Positions 42,221-52,788 of a stretch of DNA of 64,000 nucleotides are shown in pieces. Source of the DNA: Collinsella sp. (lineage in GTDB: Bacteria > Actinomycetota > Coriobacteriia > Coriobacteriales > Coriobacteriaceae). The notes under the pieces were generated by a model. The model was not told where the DNA came from, did no database searches, and saw only the letters and a program-made list of their open reading frames with translations. The stretch covers positions 12,517 through 76,516 of the forward strand of contig DXLV01000005.1 of the NCBI GenBank assembly GCA_019414545.1, given 5' to 3'. The translations under genes and the position numbers were made by a program. Within the stretch, counting starts at the first letter, position 1. Each line of letters opens with the position of its first letter.

Positions 42221-43225
42221 CTAGCGTACATCGCGCACCGTATCGCCCTTGACGAGCACGCCCGGAAACAGCATGTGCTCCACGCCAGACTCAACGCCCT
42301 CGGCGCCGGCAATCTTGTCGACCGCCCACATGCCGACGCGCTTGTTGTCAAAGCGCACCGTAGTCAGGCGACGATCGGGCACGATATCGCCCAAACTATC
42401 GTCAACACCCACCACGCTCACGTCCTGGGGCACGCGCTTCCCGCGCGACTCGAGCCCGCGAATGCAGCCGTAGGCCATGGCATCGTTGGAAGCATAAATG
42501 GCTGTGCAGTTCGGATCGTCCGCAAGCACCTGGCCGGCGGCATATCCACTCTGTGCCGTCCAATCGCCACGGACGAGTCGCGGCGGCTCAACACCATGCG
42601 CGCGCAATGTCTCACGCCAGCCCTCCTCGCGTTGCATGCCCGAAAGCGAGCGCTCGGGGCACGAGATAAAGTGCACGGTCTTGTGCCCCTGCCCCAGCAA
42701 GTACTCGACCACCTGGCGCGAGCAATCGAACTGGTCGTTATCGACCGTCGAGCACAGCGGGTGCTCCAGCATGGTAACGAGCACCGTCTGCATACCGGGC
42801 AGCGGCTCGAAGGTGCCAAAGTCCGCCGGCATGCGATTCATGATCACAACCATGCCATCCACCGGAAGTGCGCTCATGCGCGACGATGCACTCTCGAGGG
42901 TATACGGATGCCCGTCTACTTTAGTTAGGGTGATGGCATAGCCATGTTTGTCGGCCGCAGCGGCAAAGCCCTCCATACGGTCGAGGTTGCCGGTGCCGGT
43001 AATGTTGAACATGGCGACACCGACGGTCTTAAACTTGCCGCGGCGCAGCGATCGACCGGCAAAATTGGGACGATACCCCAGCTCGCGCATGGCGGCACGC
43101 ACGCGCTCCTTGGTCTCGGGGCGCACGCTGGGCGAATCGTGCACCGTACGCGAGACCGTCTGCTCCGAGACGCCCGCGAGACGCGCCACGTCCTTAACGG
43201 AAACCGATTTTTTAACAGCGGCCAT
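42221..43225 (-). CDS. LacI-family regulator (module 1)
   Basis: SVKDVARLAGVSEQTVSR HTH; divergent from lacE1. Confidence 0.9.
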   Translation of the reverse strand: MAAVKKSVSVKDVARLAGVSEQTVSRTVHDSPSVRPETKERVRAAMRELGYRPNFAGRSLRRGKFKTVGVAMFNITGTGNLDRMEGFAAAADKHGYAITLTKVDGHPYTLESASSRMSALPVDGMVVIMNRMPADFGTFEPLPGMQTVLVTMLEHPLCSTVDNDQFDCSRQVVEYLLGQGHKTVHFISCPERSLSGMQREEGWRETLRAHGVEPPRLVRGDWTAQSGYAAGQVLADDPNCTAIYASNDAMAYGCIRGLESRGKRVPQDVSVVGVDDSLGDIVPDRRLTTVRFDNKRVGMWAVDKIAGAEGVESGVEHMLFPGVLVKGDTVRDVR

Positions 43226-43382
43226 AGGTCGATCTTTCTATGTCAACGATGCTATTGGCGGCACCCTACGCAGTCAAATGAACGCCTTCAAGTATATCCA
43301 ACACCTCCCCCACAATACGTTTACCACCCAAAACCTACCGTTCACCGACAATCCCGCTTCCACGAACGGCTTTTGTCGCCCA

Positions 43383-43520
43383 AATGTTAACGTTGCCATT
43401 GTGCAAACACAGAGCCACCGGGCGGCTCAATCGTTTACGCATAAGGAATCGATGGTTCGCAGGCACAGGAACCAACGGTTCGCGTCTTTTATTGTGTCGC
43501 AAAATGGCAACGTCAACATT
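43383..43520. promoter_or_regulatory. Two LacI-type operators upstream of lacE1
   Basis: AATGTTAACGTTGCCATT (43383-43400) and inverted near-copy AATGGCAACGTCAACATT (43503-43520). Confidence 0.75.
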
Positions 43521-43581
43521 TTGGCAACCGAACGCCAAAAGCTACCATCGTTGCTAACCCACCGACTCTTAGGAGCATTGC

Positions 43582-45357
43582 ATGGAGCAACTCATCGCCA
43601 TCATCGAAAAGGGCCAGCCCTTTTTCAACGCAATCGCCCGCAACAAGTACCTCAAGGCGATTCGCGACGGCTTTATCTCCGTCATCCCCATCATCATCTT
43701 CTCGTCCATCTTCTGCCTGGTAGCCTCGGTCCCCAACATCTGGGGTTTCTATTGGCCCGATGACATCAACAACGCCCTGTGGAAGTGCTACAACTACTCC
43801 ATGGGCATCCTGGCCATCGCCTGTGCCGCCACCACGGCCAAGCACTTCGCCGACGCCCAGAACCGCGACCTGCCCAAGAACAACCAGATCAACTTTATCT
43901 CGTGCATGTGCGCGGCCATCATCGGCTTCCTGCTCCTTTCGAGCGACACCATCGCCACGGACGCTGCCAGCGGCTTCAACACCACCTACCTTGGTTCCAA
44001 AGGCCTGCTGACCGCCTTTATCGCTGCGTTTGTGACCGGCATCATCTACAAGTTCTTCATTAAGCGCAACATCACCGTCAAGATGCCCGAGCAGGTTCCG
44101 CCCAACATCTCGCAGACCTTTAAGGACATCATCCCCTTCTCCGTCTGCATCACCGTCTTTTGGGTCTTTGATATCGTCTTCCGCGCTGCCTTTGGCTTCT
44201 GCTTTGCCCAGGGCGTCATCCAGGTGTTCCAGCCCCTGTTCACCGCCGCCGACGGCTACATCGGCCTCGCTGTGATCTACGGCGCTATGAGCCTCTTCTG
44301 GTTCGTGGGCGTCCACGGCCCCTCGATCGTCGAGCCCGCCATCGCCGCCGCCCTCGTTGCCAACATGACCGACAACCTGGCTGCGTTCCAGGCTGGCCAG
44401 CACGCTTCCGCTGTCCTGACCCAGGGTGCCCAGTACTTCGTCGTCTGCATGGGCGGCACCGGCGCCACGCTCGTCCTGGTCTTTATGTTCTGCTTCCTGG
44501 CCAAGTCTCAGGAGATGCGCGCCGTCGGTAAGGCAGCCATCGTCCCCGTGTGCTTTGCCGTCAACGAGCCGCTGCTGTTCGCCGCGCCTATCGTGCTCAA
44601 CCCCGTCTTCTTTGTCCCGTTTGTCTTTGCCCCGATCGCCAACATCTGGATCCTCAAGGTCTTTATCGACTTCTTGGGCATGAACGGCTTTATGTACACC
44701 CTGCCCTGGACCGTCCCCGGCCCCATCGGCACCATCATGGGCTTGGGCTTCCAGCCGCTCGCCTTTGTGATGCTCGCCATCATCCTAGTCGTCGACTTTG
44801 CCCTGTACTACCCGTTCTTCCGTGCCTATGACGCCCAGAAGTGCGCCGAGGAGGCCGAGATTTCCCAGGAGGAGCTCGCCGCCAAGAACGCCGAGAAGGC
44901 CGCCAAGCTCAACGATGCCTTCCAGGGCAAGGCCGATGCCAAGAGCGTTGCCGCCGGCGCTGCTGCCGAGGCCGTGAAGGTCGACTCCCCTGCCACTTCT
45001 GCAGCCCCCGCTGCCGAGGCAACGACCGCCAGCGACCTCAACGGCAAGCGCGTGCTCGTGCTCTGCCAGGGCGGCGGAACCTCGGGTCTGCTCGCCAACG
45101 CGCTGGCCAAGGCTGCCAAGGAGCGCGGCATCAATCTTGAGACCGCTGCCGAGGCATATGGCAACCACGTGGACATGCTCCCCGACTTTGACCTGGTCGT
45201 CCTGGCCCCGCAGGCCGCAAGCTACCTGGCCGACCTGCAGAAAGACTGCGAGCGCGTGGGCAACAAATGCGTCGCCTGCCGCGGTAAGCAGTACATTGAG
45301 CTCTCCCAGAACGGCGACAAGTCTCTCGCCTTCGTAAGCGAGCAGCTGTCGAAGTAA
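43582..45357 (+). CDS. lacE: PTS lactose-type EIICB (copy 1)
   Basis: RNKYLKAIRDGFI, FWFVGVHGPSIVEP, GGTGATL, VNEPLLF, IIB VLVLCQGGGTSGLLANAL. Confidence 0.93.
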   Translation: MEQLIAIIEKGQPFFNAIARNKYLKAIRDGFISVIPIIIFSSIFCLVASVPNIWGFYWPDDINNALWKCYNYSMGILAIACAATTAKHFADAQNRDLPKNNQINFISCMCAAIIGFLLLSSDTIATDAASGFNTTYLGSKGLLTAFIAAFVTGIIYKFFIKRNITVKMPEQVPPNISQTFKDIIPFSVCITVFWVFDIVFRAAFGFCFAQGVIQVFQPLFTAADGYIGLAVIYGAMSLFWFVGVHGPSIVEPAIAAALVANMTDNLAAFQAGQHASAVLTQGAQYFVVCMGGTGATLVLVFMFCFLAKSQEMRAVGKAAIVPVCFAVNEPLLFAAPIVLNPVFFVPFVFAPIANIWILKVFIDFLGMNGFMYTLPWTVPGPIGTIMGLGFQPLAFVMLAIILVVDFALYYPFFRAYDAQKCAEEAEISQEELAAKNAEKAAKLNDAFQGKADAKSVAAGAAAEAVKVDSPATSAAPAAEATTASDLNGKRVLVLCQGGGTSGLLANALAKAAKERGINLETAAEAYGNHVDMLPDFDLVVLAPQAASYLADLQKDCERVGNKCVACRGKQYIELSQNGDKSLAFVSEQLSK

Positions 45358-45427
45358 GTAACGCTTAGGGCCAGCCGACCATCCAAGGCCGGCTGGCCCT
45401 TCGATTTAGACGATTGGATATTTCATC

Positions 45428-46867
45428 ATGTCCGTTAACCCTGCTAGCGTCACCAACCCGCCCGCGCAGTTTCCCGAGGACTTTATCTTTGGCGGCGCCA
45501 CTGCTGCCTACCAGGTAGAGGGCGAGACCCGCACCCACGGTAAGGGCAAGGTCGCCTGGGACGACTTCCTGGAGGCCCAGGGCCGCTTCTCCCCCGATCC
45601 CGCCTCCGACTTCTATAACCAGTACCCCGTCGATCTGGAGCTGTGCGAGGAGTTCGGCATCAACGGCATCCGCCTCTCCATCGCCTGGAGCCGCATCTTC
45701 CCCAACGGCACCGGCGAAATCAACCCCGAGGGCGTCCAGTTCTACCACGATCTCTTCGCCGAGTGCCATAAGCACCACGTTGAGCCGTTCGTCACGCTGC
45801 ATCACTTTGACACGCCGCTTCCCCTCTTTGAGAAGGGCGACTTCCTCAACCGCGAGACCATCGATGCCTTTGTGGACTTTGCCACCTTCTGCTTTAAGGA
45901 GTACGCCGACCAGGTGACCTACTGGTTCACCTTTAACGAGATCTGGGCCGATGCCTCCAACACCTACATCGAGGGCACCTTCCCCGGCGGCGTCAAGGCG
46001 CACCTGGCCGAGGCTTTCCAGTGCGAGCACAACATGATGCTCGCCCACGCCAAGGCTGTGCTGGCCTTCCACAACGGCGGCTTTAAGGGCAAGATCGGCG
46101 TCATTCAGTCGTTGGAGTTCAAGTACCCGCTCAACGAGAACGACCCCGCCGACATCAAGGCCGCCAACAACGAGCACGTGCTGCAAAACCAGTTCTTGCT
46201 CGACGCCACCTTCCGCGGCGACTATGCCCCCGACACCCTCGAGTGCGCCAACCGCCTGGCTGCCGTCTCGGGCGGCACCATCGAGATCCTGGACGAGGAC
46301 CTCGAGATTATGCGCGAGGCAGCGCTCTACAACGACTACCTGGGCGTCAACAACTACCAGTGCCGTTTCCTCAAGGCTTACGATGGCGAGAACGACCTGC
46401 ACCACAACGGTACGGGCGAGAAAGGCACCGGCCGCTGGCGCGTTAAGGGTATTGGCGAGCATGTGAACAAGCCCGGCATCCCCACCACCGACTGGGACTG
46501 GATTATCTATCCCGAGGGCCTGTTCGATCTGCTCGTCTACATTAAGCAGCGCTACCCCAACTACAAGCAGATCTTCATCACCGAGAACGGCATGGGCTAC
46601 AAGGACCCCTACAAGGACGGTTTTGTGGACGACCAGCCGCGCATCGACTACATCGAGCAGCACCTGCGCTGGTTGCTCAAGGCCATGGAGGTGGGTGTCA
46701 ACGTGGGCGGCTACTTCCTGTGGAGCCTGCAGGATCAGTTCTCCTGGACCAACGGCTACAACAAGCGCTACGGCTTCTTCTACGTGGACTTTGAGACCCA
46801 AAAGCGCACGCCCAAGGCAAGCGCCTACTGGTACAAGCACGTGGCGCAGACCCGTCGTCTGGACTAG
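45428..46867 (+). CDS. lacG: 6-phospho-beta-galactosidase, GH1 (copy 1)
   Basis: FGGATAAYQVEG, TFNEI, ITENG, DQFSWTNGYNKRYG. Confidence 0.95.
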   Translation: MSVNPASVTNPPAQFPEDFIFGGATAAYQVEGETRTHGKGKVAWDDFLEAQGRFSPDPASDFYNQYPVDLELCEEFGINGIRLSIAWSRIFPNGTGEINPEGVQFYHDLFAECHKHHVEPFVTLHHFDTPLPLFEKGDFLNRETIDAFVDFATFCFKEYADQVTYWFTFNEIWADASNTYIEGTFPGGVKAHLAEAFQCEHNMMLAHAKAVLAFHNGGFKGKIGVIQSLEFKYPLNENDPADIKAANNEHVLQNQFLLDATFRGDYAPDTLECANRLAAVSGGTIEILDEDLEIMREAALYNDYLGVNNYQCRFLKAYDGENDLHHNGTGEKGTGRWRVKGIGEHVNKPGIPTTDWDWIIYPEGLFDLLVYIKQRYPNYKQIFITENGMGYKDPYKDGFVDDQPRIDYIEQHLRWLLKAMEVGVNVGGYFLWSLQDQFSWTNGYNKRYGFFYVDFETQKRTPKASAYWYKHVAQTRRLD

Positions 46868-46982
46868 TGGCTTGCGACGAGCGGCATTGCCCCACTCACA
46901 TAACTTTTCCCCATTTCTCAGCCGGGGGCGGCACGTCACACGGCGCGCCGCCCCCCCGGTCTTTTTGTGCAGGTCGGAAGCC

Positions 46983-47045
46983 GTTTATCTCGATCTGTAA
47001 CATCTAGCTTAGTTTTTGGGTCCTAACTGTTACAGATTAAGATGA
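46983..47045. repeat. Palindromic repeat downstream of lacG1 (copy at 51712-51777)
   Basis: TCTCGATCTGTAACATCTAGC...GTCCTAACTGTTACAGATTAAGA. Confidence 0.7.
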
Positions 47046-47060
47046 ATGAGCCGAGCACGT

Positions 47061-48062
47061 CTACGCCCGCAGGTCCTTTACGCTGGAACGTTCGACCAAC
47101 ACGCCCGAGACGAGCGTACGGCTTCTAGAGCTCGGGGCTTCCAGACCTGCGACGACCTCGTTAAGCGCACGGACGCCCAGCTCGCGGTGGCGAAACTTCA
47201 CCGACGTCAGAATCGAGTTGGGAATCGTCTTGTAAAGCTCGTCATCGAAGCCGATCACGGACACATCGTCGGGCACGTTCAGCCCCTTGTCGCGCAAGGC
47301 CATCATCACGCCGTTCGCCATGCAGTCGTTGGCGGCCAGGACTGCCGTGCAGTCGGGTTTATCGGCAAGCACAAGGCCCGCGGCATAGCCACTATCCGCA
47401 TTCCAATCGCCTTGCAGAGGCTCGGGCGGCTCAATGCCACACGCCTCGAGTGCCGCTCGCCAACCTTTCATGCGGCTCTGGCTCGACAGTGACTCTTTTT
47501 TACCAGAAACGAAGTACACGTTCTTGTGCCCGTGATTCAAGAAGTACTCGCACGCCATGCGCGCGCCGCCCTCTTGGTCGTCACTGACGGTGGAGCAGGT
47601 AGGATGTTCCATCGGTGTGATAATCACCGTCTTGAGGTCTTTCGGCGCCTCAAAGGTATCAAAGTCATCGACCATCTGACGCAGGTTGAAGATCATGCCG
47701 TCGACGGGAAGCCGTGACATCCTACGCGCCGCTTCGGCAAGGGTCATCTTCTCCCCAGCCCGCTTTTTGATCATCGTGAGCGCAAAGCCGCGTTCTTCGG
47801 CGGCATCAGCGATACCGTCGATCATGTCCACGGCGCCGCCCGACAAGTGGAACATCACCACGCCGATGCACCCGTAACGGCCCAACTTGAGTGAACGCGC
47901 GGCAAAGTTCGCCCGGAACCCAAGCTCCTCCATGGCCGCATGGACCCTATCGCGCGTCGACTCTCGTACGCTATCGGGCTCGTTGATCACGCGCGACACC
48001 GTCTTGAGAGAAACACCCGCGGCAATCGCCACATCGTTCATCGAGACGTTTTTCTTGTCCAT
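47061..48062 (-). CDS. LacI-family regulator (module 2)
   Basis: SMNDVAIAAGVSLKTVSRV HTH; divergent from lacE2. Confidence 0.9.
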   Translation of the reverse strand: MDKKNVSMNDVAIAAGVSLKTVSRVINEPDSVRESTRDRVHAAMEELGFRANFAARSLKLGRYGCIGVVMFHLSGGAVDMIDGIADAAEERGFALTMIKKRAGEKMTLAEAARRMSRLPVDGMIFNLRQMVDDFDTFEAPKDLKTVIITPMEHPTCSTVSDDQEGGARMACEYFLNHGHKNVYFVSGKKESLSSQSRMKGWRAALEACGIEPPEPLQGDWNADSGYAAGLVLADKPDCTAVLAANDCMANGVMMALRDKGLNVPDDVSVIGFDDELYKTIPNSILTSVKFRHRELGVRALNEVVAGLEAPSSRSRTLVSGVLVERSSVKDLRA

Positions 48063-48221
48063 CGTTGCCACTACTTCTCCAGTCGGTTTTGAATCGCTTG
48101 TTTTTTGCGTTCTAGCATACACTACCTGCCCGACTGACAAATCAGCCGTTTATCGGACAATATCGACCGTTCACCTGTAAATCCTTGTTGCTCTTCCAAA
48201 AATGTCTTACGTTGTCATTAA

Positions 48222-48245
48222 CGAAATGACAACGTTGTCATTTCG
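48222..48245. promoter_or_regulatory. Perfect 24-bp palindromic LacI operator
   Basis: CGAAATGACAACGTTGTCATTTCG, with an adjacent weaker copy at 48201-48219. Confidence 0.85.
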
Positions 48246-48346
48246 CAATGCCTTCCTTAAGCAGGAAGGTTTCCGGGCAGTCCTGACCATCCATCGACGA
48301 CCAGTTCCATCCACATGCATCGCGCATCGAGCAGCAAAGGAGCTCT

Positions 48347-50125
48347 ATGGACGCCATCGTAAAGATGCTCGAAAAGCATCAGCCGTTCTTTGAGAAGATC
48401 TCGAGGAACATCTACCTCCAGGCCATTAAGGACGGATTCCTTGGGTGCATGCCCATCGTCCTCACCTCTTCGATCTTTCTGTTGATCGCCACCCTTCCTG
48501 GCGTAGTTGGCATCTCGCTGCCCCAGCCGCTCATCGACTGGTGCAATAAGCTGTACAACTTCACCATGGGCGTCATGGGCATTATGGTTGCCGGCACCAC
48601 TGCCAAGAACTTCACGGCATCCATGAACCGTCGCATGCCCGCCGGCAAAGTGCTCAACGACGGCTCCACCATGGTTGCCGCCCAGTGCAGCATGCTTCTG
48701 CTCGCTGTTACGCAGTTCACCACCAAGTTCAACGGCTCCGAGCTTTCGGTCTTCGACTGCACCAGCATGGGTACGCGCGGTCTGTTCTCGGCCTATATCG
48801 CCGCGTTCATTACCGTGTGGGTCTATAAGTTCTGCGTCTCGCGCGATCTGACCATTAAACTGCCCAAGGAGGTCCCGGGCGCCATCGCTCAGAACTTCCG
48901 CGACATCATCCCCTTTGGCGGCGCCGTCATCATCTGCGGCATCATCGATGTCGTCGTGCGCAACCTCATGGGCGTTCCGTTCTCCGAGCTGCTTATCAAA
49001 CTGCTCTCCCCGCTCTTTACCGCTGCAGAAACCTATCCTGGCCTTATCCTTATCCAGGCAGCTACCGCGTTCTTCTGGTTCATCGGCGTCCACGGCCCCT
49101 CGATCGTCCAGCCGGGCATCGACCCCATCCGTCTTGCCAACCAGGCCGAGAACCTGCAGGTTCTGCTGGCAGGCGGCCACCCCGCCCACTCCCTCACCTT
49201 TAACATGTCGCTCGTGGGTGAGTTCGGCGGCACCGGCGCCACCTTCATCGTGCCGCTTCTGCTGATTCTCTTTATGAAGTCCAAGCAGCTCAAAGCCGTC
49301 GGTAAGGCCTCGATTGTTCCTGTTGCCTTCGCCGTCAACGAACCGCTGCTCTTTGGCGCGCCGATGATCCTTAACCCCTACATGCTCGTCCCCTTTGTTG
49401 CCGCCGGCTGCGTCAACGTGAGTGTTGCCAAGTTCTTTATCGATAACGTGGGCATGAACGGCTTCTCCTTCGTGGTGCCTTGGGCTACCCCTGCCCCCAT
49501 CGGCATCTTCATCACCACGAACTTCCAGCTTATCGCCCTGGTATTTGTCGCGATCATCATCTTGCTGGACGCCATCATCTACCTGCCGTTCTTGAAGGCA
49601 TACGATAAGCTGCTCTGCGACCAGGAGGCCGAGCGCGCCGCCGAGCTGGGTCTCGAGTCCGATGGTGCCGCTGCCATCGCCGCCAAGCCCTCTGCGCCCG
49701 CTGTCGAGCAGGCTACCGCTTCCGTCGAGACGACCGTTGCCGCCGCCGACAGCAAGCCCGTCGCCGATCAGCCCGAGCCCGCTGCCGATGCATCCGCCAA
49801 GAAGGATGTCGATGGCCTGAAGGTCCTCGTCCTGTGCGCCGGCGCCGGCACCTCTGCCATGCTCGCCAACGCCATCAAGGAAGGTGCCGCACAGACCGGA
49901 GAGAACATCGCTTCCTCCGCAGGCGCCTATGGCCAGCACACTGCCATCATGGATCAGTACGACGTCATCGTGCTCGCCCCGCAGGTTCGTAGCTACTACA
50001 ACGACATGAAGGCCGACACCGATCGTCTGGGCATTAAGCTGCTCGCCCCGCGCGGCAAGGAATATATCGACCTTACCCGCGACCCTGCCGGCGCCATTAA
50101 GTGGCTCCGCGAGAACCTCGACTAG
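48347..50125 (+). CDS. lacE: PTS lactose-type EIICB (copy 2, divergent)
   Basis: RNIYLQAIKDGFL, FWFIGVHGPSIVQP, VLVLCAGAGTSAMLANA. Confidence 0.9.
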   Translation: MDAIVKMLEKHQPFFEKISRNIYLQAIKDGFLGCMPIVLTSSIFLLIATLPGVVGISLPQPLIDWCNKLYNFTMGVMGIMVAGTTAKNFTASMNRRMPAGKVLNDGSTMVAAQCSMLLLAVTQFTTKFNGSELSVFDCTSMGTRGLFSAYIAAFITVWVYKFCVSRDLTIKLPKEVPGAIAQNFRDIIPFGGAVIICGIIDVVVRNLMGVPFSELLIKLLSPLFTAAETYPGLILIQAATAFFWFIGVHGPSIVQPGIDPIRLANQAENLQVLLAGGHPAHSLTFNMSLVGEFGGTGATFIVPLLLILFMKSKQLKAVGKASIVPVAFAVNEPLLFGAPMILNPYMLVPFVAAGCVNVSVAKFFIDNVGMNGFSFVVPWATPAPIGIFITTNFQLIALVFVAIIILLDAIIYLPFLKAYDKLLCDQEAERAAELGLESDGAAAIAAKPSAPAVEQATASVETTVAAADSKPVADQPEPAADASAKKDVDGLKVLVLCAGAGTSAMLANAIKEGAAQTGENIASSAGAYGQHTAIMDQYDVIVLAPQVRSYYNDMKADTDRLGIKLLAPRGKEYIDLTRDPAGAIKWLRENLD

Positions 50126-50201
50126 TTTTCTCCCTCTGTTGGTGCCCGGATCCCCAGTTCGGGCACCTCTCCCCATTCGTATCCCACAGAAAGGATGACT
50201 C

Positions 50202-51623
50202 ATGAACAACCCCATGCAGTTCCCCGACGGCTTTGTGTTTGGCGGCGCCACCGCCGCTTACCAGGTTGAAGGCGAGACCCGTACGCACGGCAAGGGCAAA
50301 GTGCCCTGGGACGATTTCCTGGCTGCTCAGGGTCGCTTCTCCCCCGATCCCGCAAGCGACTTCTACAACAAATATCCGGTCGATATCGACCTGTGCCAGC
50401 GCTTCGGCATCAACGGTATCCGCGTCTCCATCGCTTGGAGCCGTATCTTCCCCAACGGCACCGGCGAGATTAACCCCGAGGGCGTCGCCTTCTATCACGA
50501 GCTTTTCGCCACCTGCAACAAAGCTGGCGTTATTCCCTATGTCACGCTCGATCACTTCGATACGCCCGAGGCCTTCTACCAGAACGGCGGCGAGGGATTC
50601 CTGACGCGCACGACCATCGACGCCTTCGTCGAGTACGCCAAGTTCTGCTTTGCCGAGTTCACCGAGGTTAAGCACTGGTTTACCTTTAACGAGATTCCCG
50701 CAACCGCCGAGGGCAGCTTTATCGTCGGCAACTGGCCGCACGGCGAGAAGTACCGCCTGGACAAGGCCTTCCAGCTCATGCACAACATGATGGTGGCCCA
50801 CGCCAAGGCTGTCGTCGCCTTCCATGAGGGCGGCTTTGAGGGCGAGATCGGCATTGTCCAGAACCTGGAGCCCAAGTATCCCCTCGACCCCAACAACGCC
50901 GCCGACTGCGAGGCAGCTCGCATGGCCGACGTCATCAACAACCGTTGGGTACTCGACGCCACCTTCCGCGGCCACTATGCAGCCGACACCATGGAGGCTG
51001 CGACCAAGCTGGCCCATATCGCCGGCGGCGAGCTCGACGTCCGCGACGAGGACATCGCCGCGCTGACCGCCGCGCTCCCCTACAACGATTGCCTGGGTGT
51101 CAACACCTACAAGTGCCAGTTCCTGCGTGCCGCCGAGGGCGAAAACGACATCAACCACAATGGCACCGGCGACAAGGGCTCCTCGCGCTGGTTCCTCAAG
51201 GGCGTGGGCGAGTCATGCGTGCGCGAAGGCGTACCCACCACCGATTGGGACTGGATCATCTATCCCGAGGGCCTCTACGACCTGCTGCTCCGCATTAAGA
51301 ACGATTACCCCAACTACAAGAAGATCTACATCACCGAGAACGGCATGGGCTATAAGGACGACTTTGAGGACGGCTTTATCGACGACGCCCCTCGCATCGA
51401 CTACATGCGTCAGCATCTCGCATGGATTCTCAAGGCGATCGACGGCGGCGTAAACGTCGACGGTTACTTTGTGTGGTCGCTGCAGGACCAGTTCTCCTGG
51501 ACCAACGGCTACAACAAGCGCTATGGCCTGTTCTACATCGACTTTGAGACCCAGAAGCGCTATCCCAAGGCGAGCGCGTACTGGTACAAGAACGTCGCGG
51601 AGACCGGCCTGCTCATGGCCTAG
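50202..51623 (+). CDS. lacG: 6-phospho-beta-galactosidase, GH1 (copy 2)
   Basis: Same GH1 motifs as copy 1 (TFNEI, ITENG). Confidence 0.94.
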   Translation: MNNPMQFPDGFVFGGATAAYQVEGETRTHGKGKVPWDDFLAAQGRFSPDPASDFYNKYPVDIDLCQRFGINGIRVSIAWSRIFPNGTGEINPEGVAFYHELFATCNKAGVIPYVTLDHFDTPEAFYQNGGEGFLTRTTIDAFVEYAKFCFAEFTEVKHWFTFNEIPATAEGSFIVGNWPHGEKYRLDKAFQLMHNMMVAHAKAVVAFHEGGFEGEIGIVQNLEPKYPLDPNNAADCEAARMADVINNRWVLDATFRGHYAADTMEAATKLAHIAGGELDVRDEDIAALTAALPYNDCLGVNTYKCQFLRAAEGENDINHNGTGDKGSSRWFLKGVGESCVREGVPTTDWDWIIYPEGLYDLLLRIKNDYPNYKKIYITENGMGYKDDFEDGFIDDAPRIDYMRQHLAWILKAIDGGVNVDGYFVWSLQDQFSWTNGYNKRYGLFYIDFETQKRYPKASAYWYKNVAETGLLMA

Positions 51624-51645
51624 TTTCTGCCACATACCCCCTGTC

Positions 51646-51690
51646 GGCCGCATGCGAATCCCGCCACGGGTTCGCATGCGGCCTTTTTGT
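51646..51690 (+). terminator. Rho-independent terminator after lacG2
   Basis: GGCCGCATGCGAA...TTCGCATGCGGCC followed by TTTTTGTTTT. Confidence 0.8.
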
Positions 51691-51817
51691 TTTGGCTCGG
51701 CCCGAACAGACCGTTTGTCTCGATCTATAACATCTAGCAGGGGTTTTCGGTCCTACCTGTTACAGATCAAGACAAACAGGACGTCCGGTCAGAAAATCTC
51801 AATCTGTAACACCTAAG

Positions 51818-52582
51818 CTAGCAGATGACCTGCGTGTGCTCCTCGATGGCGGCGCGATCCGCATCGGTAATACCCGGCTCGCACACCACGGCATCCAAAT
51901 TGTCCAGGCGACAGAAGGTATAGAAGTCGCGCTTGCCGATCTTGCTGGAGTCGGCGATCAGATAGCGCGAGTCCGCCTTGCTAAAGGCAAGCTGCTGGAT
52001 ACGGCCCTCGTCCATGTTGGATGTGGATACGTCACCGTCCAAGATACCGTTGGCGCCGATAAACGCCGCATCGATGCCCAGCGCACGCAGGGTGTCCTCG
52101 GCCGTTGGCCCCACAAAAGCGGCAGTGCGGCGACGGTACATGCCGCCCACGAGGCACAGGTCGCAGTCCTCGCGCGCCTCGAGCAGGTTAAACACCGAAA
52201 GCGAATTGGTCACGATGCGCAGGCGAAACGCCGGCAGCAACGAGGCCATCTGCTCAACCGTGGTACCCGTGCCCAAAAAGATAGTAGAGCCCTCCTCGAT
52301 AAGCTCCACAGCACGGCGTGCGATCTGCAGTTTTTCCTCGGCATGCTTGGTGCGCTTTTCGCTGTGCGAATACTCATGGCGCAACATAGCGTGGGGACGA
52401 CCCTGCGCACTGCGGGCGCCGCCGTGCACGCGCTCGATCTCACCCAGACTCGCAAGTTCTTCGAGGTCGCGGCGAATCGTCATGTCCGAAACGCCCAGCG
52501 CATCCGAAATCTCCTTGACCGAGACCGTGCCCTGCTCCTCGAGCAGCTGACGAACCTTATCCTGTCGCTCTGCCTTAATCAC
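51818..52582 (-). CDS. lacR: DeoR-family lactose PTS repressor
   Basis: LGVSDMTIRRDLEEL, RVHGGA, FLGTGTT, DSSKIGKRDFYTF. Confidence 0.88.
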   Translation of the reverse strand: MIKAERQDKVRQLLEEQGTVSVKEISDALGVSDMTIRRDLEELASLGEIERVHGGARSAQGRPHAMLRHEYSHSEKRTKHAEEKLQIARRAVELIEEGSTIFLGTGTTVEQMASLLPAFRLRIVTNSLSVFNLLEAREDCDLCLVGGMYRRRTAAFVGPTAEDTLRALGIDAAFIGANGILDGDVSTSNMDEGRIQQLAFSKADSRYLIADSSKIGKRDFYTFCRLDNLDAVVCEPGITDADRAAIEEHTQVIC

Positions 52583-52788
52583 GATGAATCCTCGCCGTTC
52601 TCTGCGCGCATATCATTCAAACAGTAACGAACAAATTGTATCAGACTCGTACGCGTCAAAAATGAACGCCCACGCAGCCCTAATCATCACTTTTTTGAGA
52701 AAAATACCCCCTGCTTTAGTGGGGTGTAGTGATAATCTTGCCTGTTCGCGCTACAGTTTGTCCGGAATATCTCGATGTTAGGAACCAA

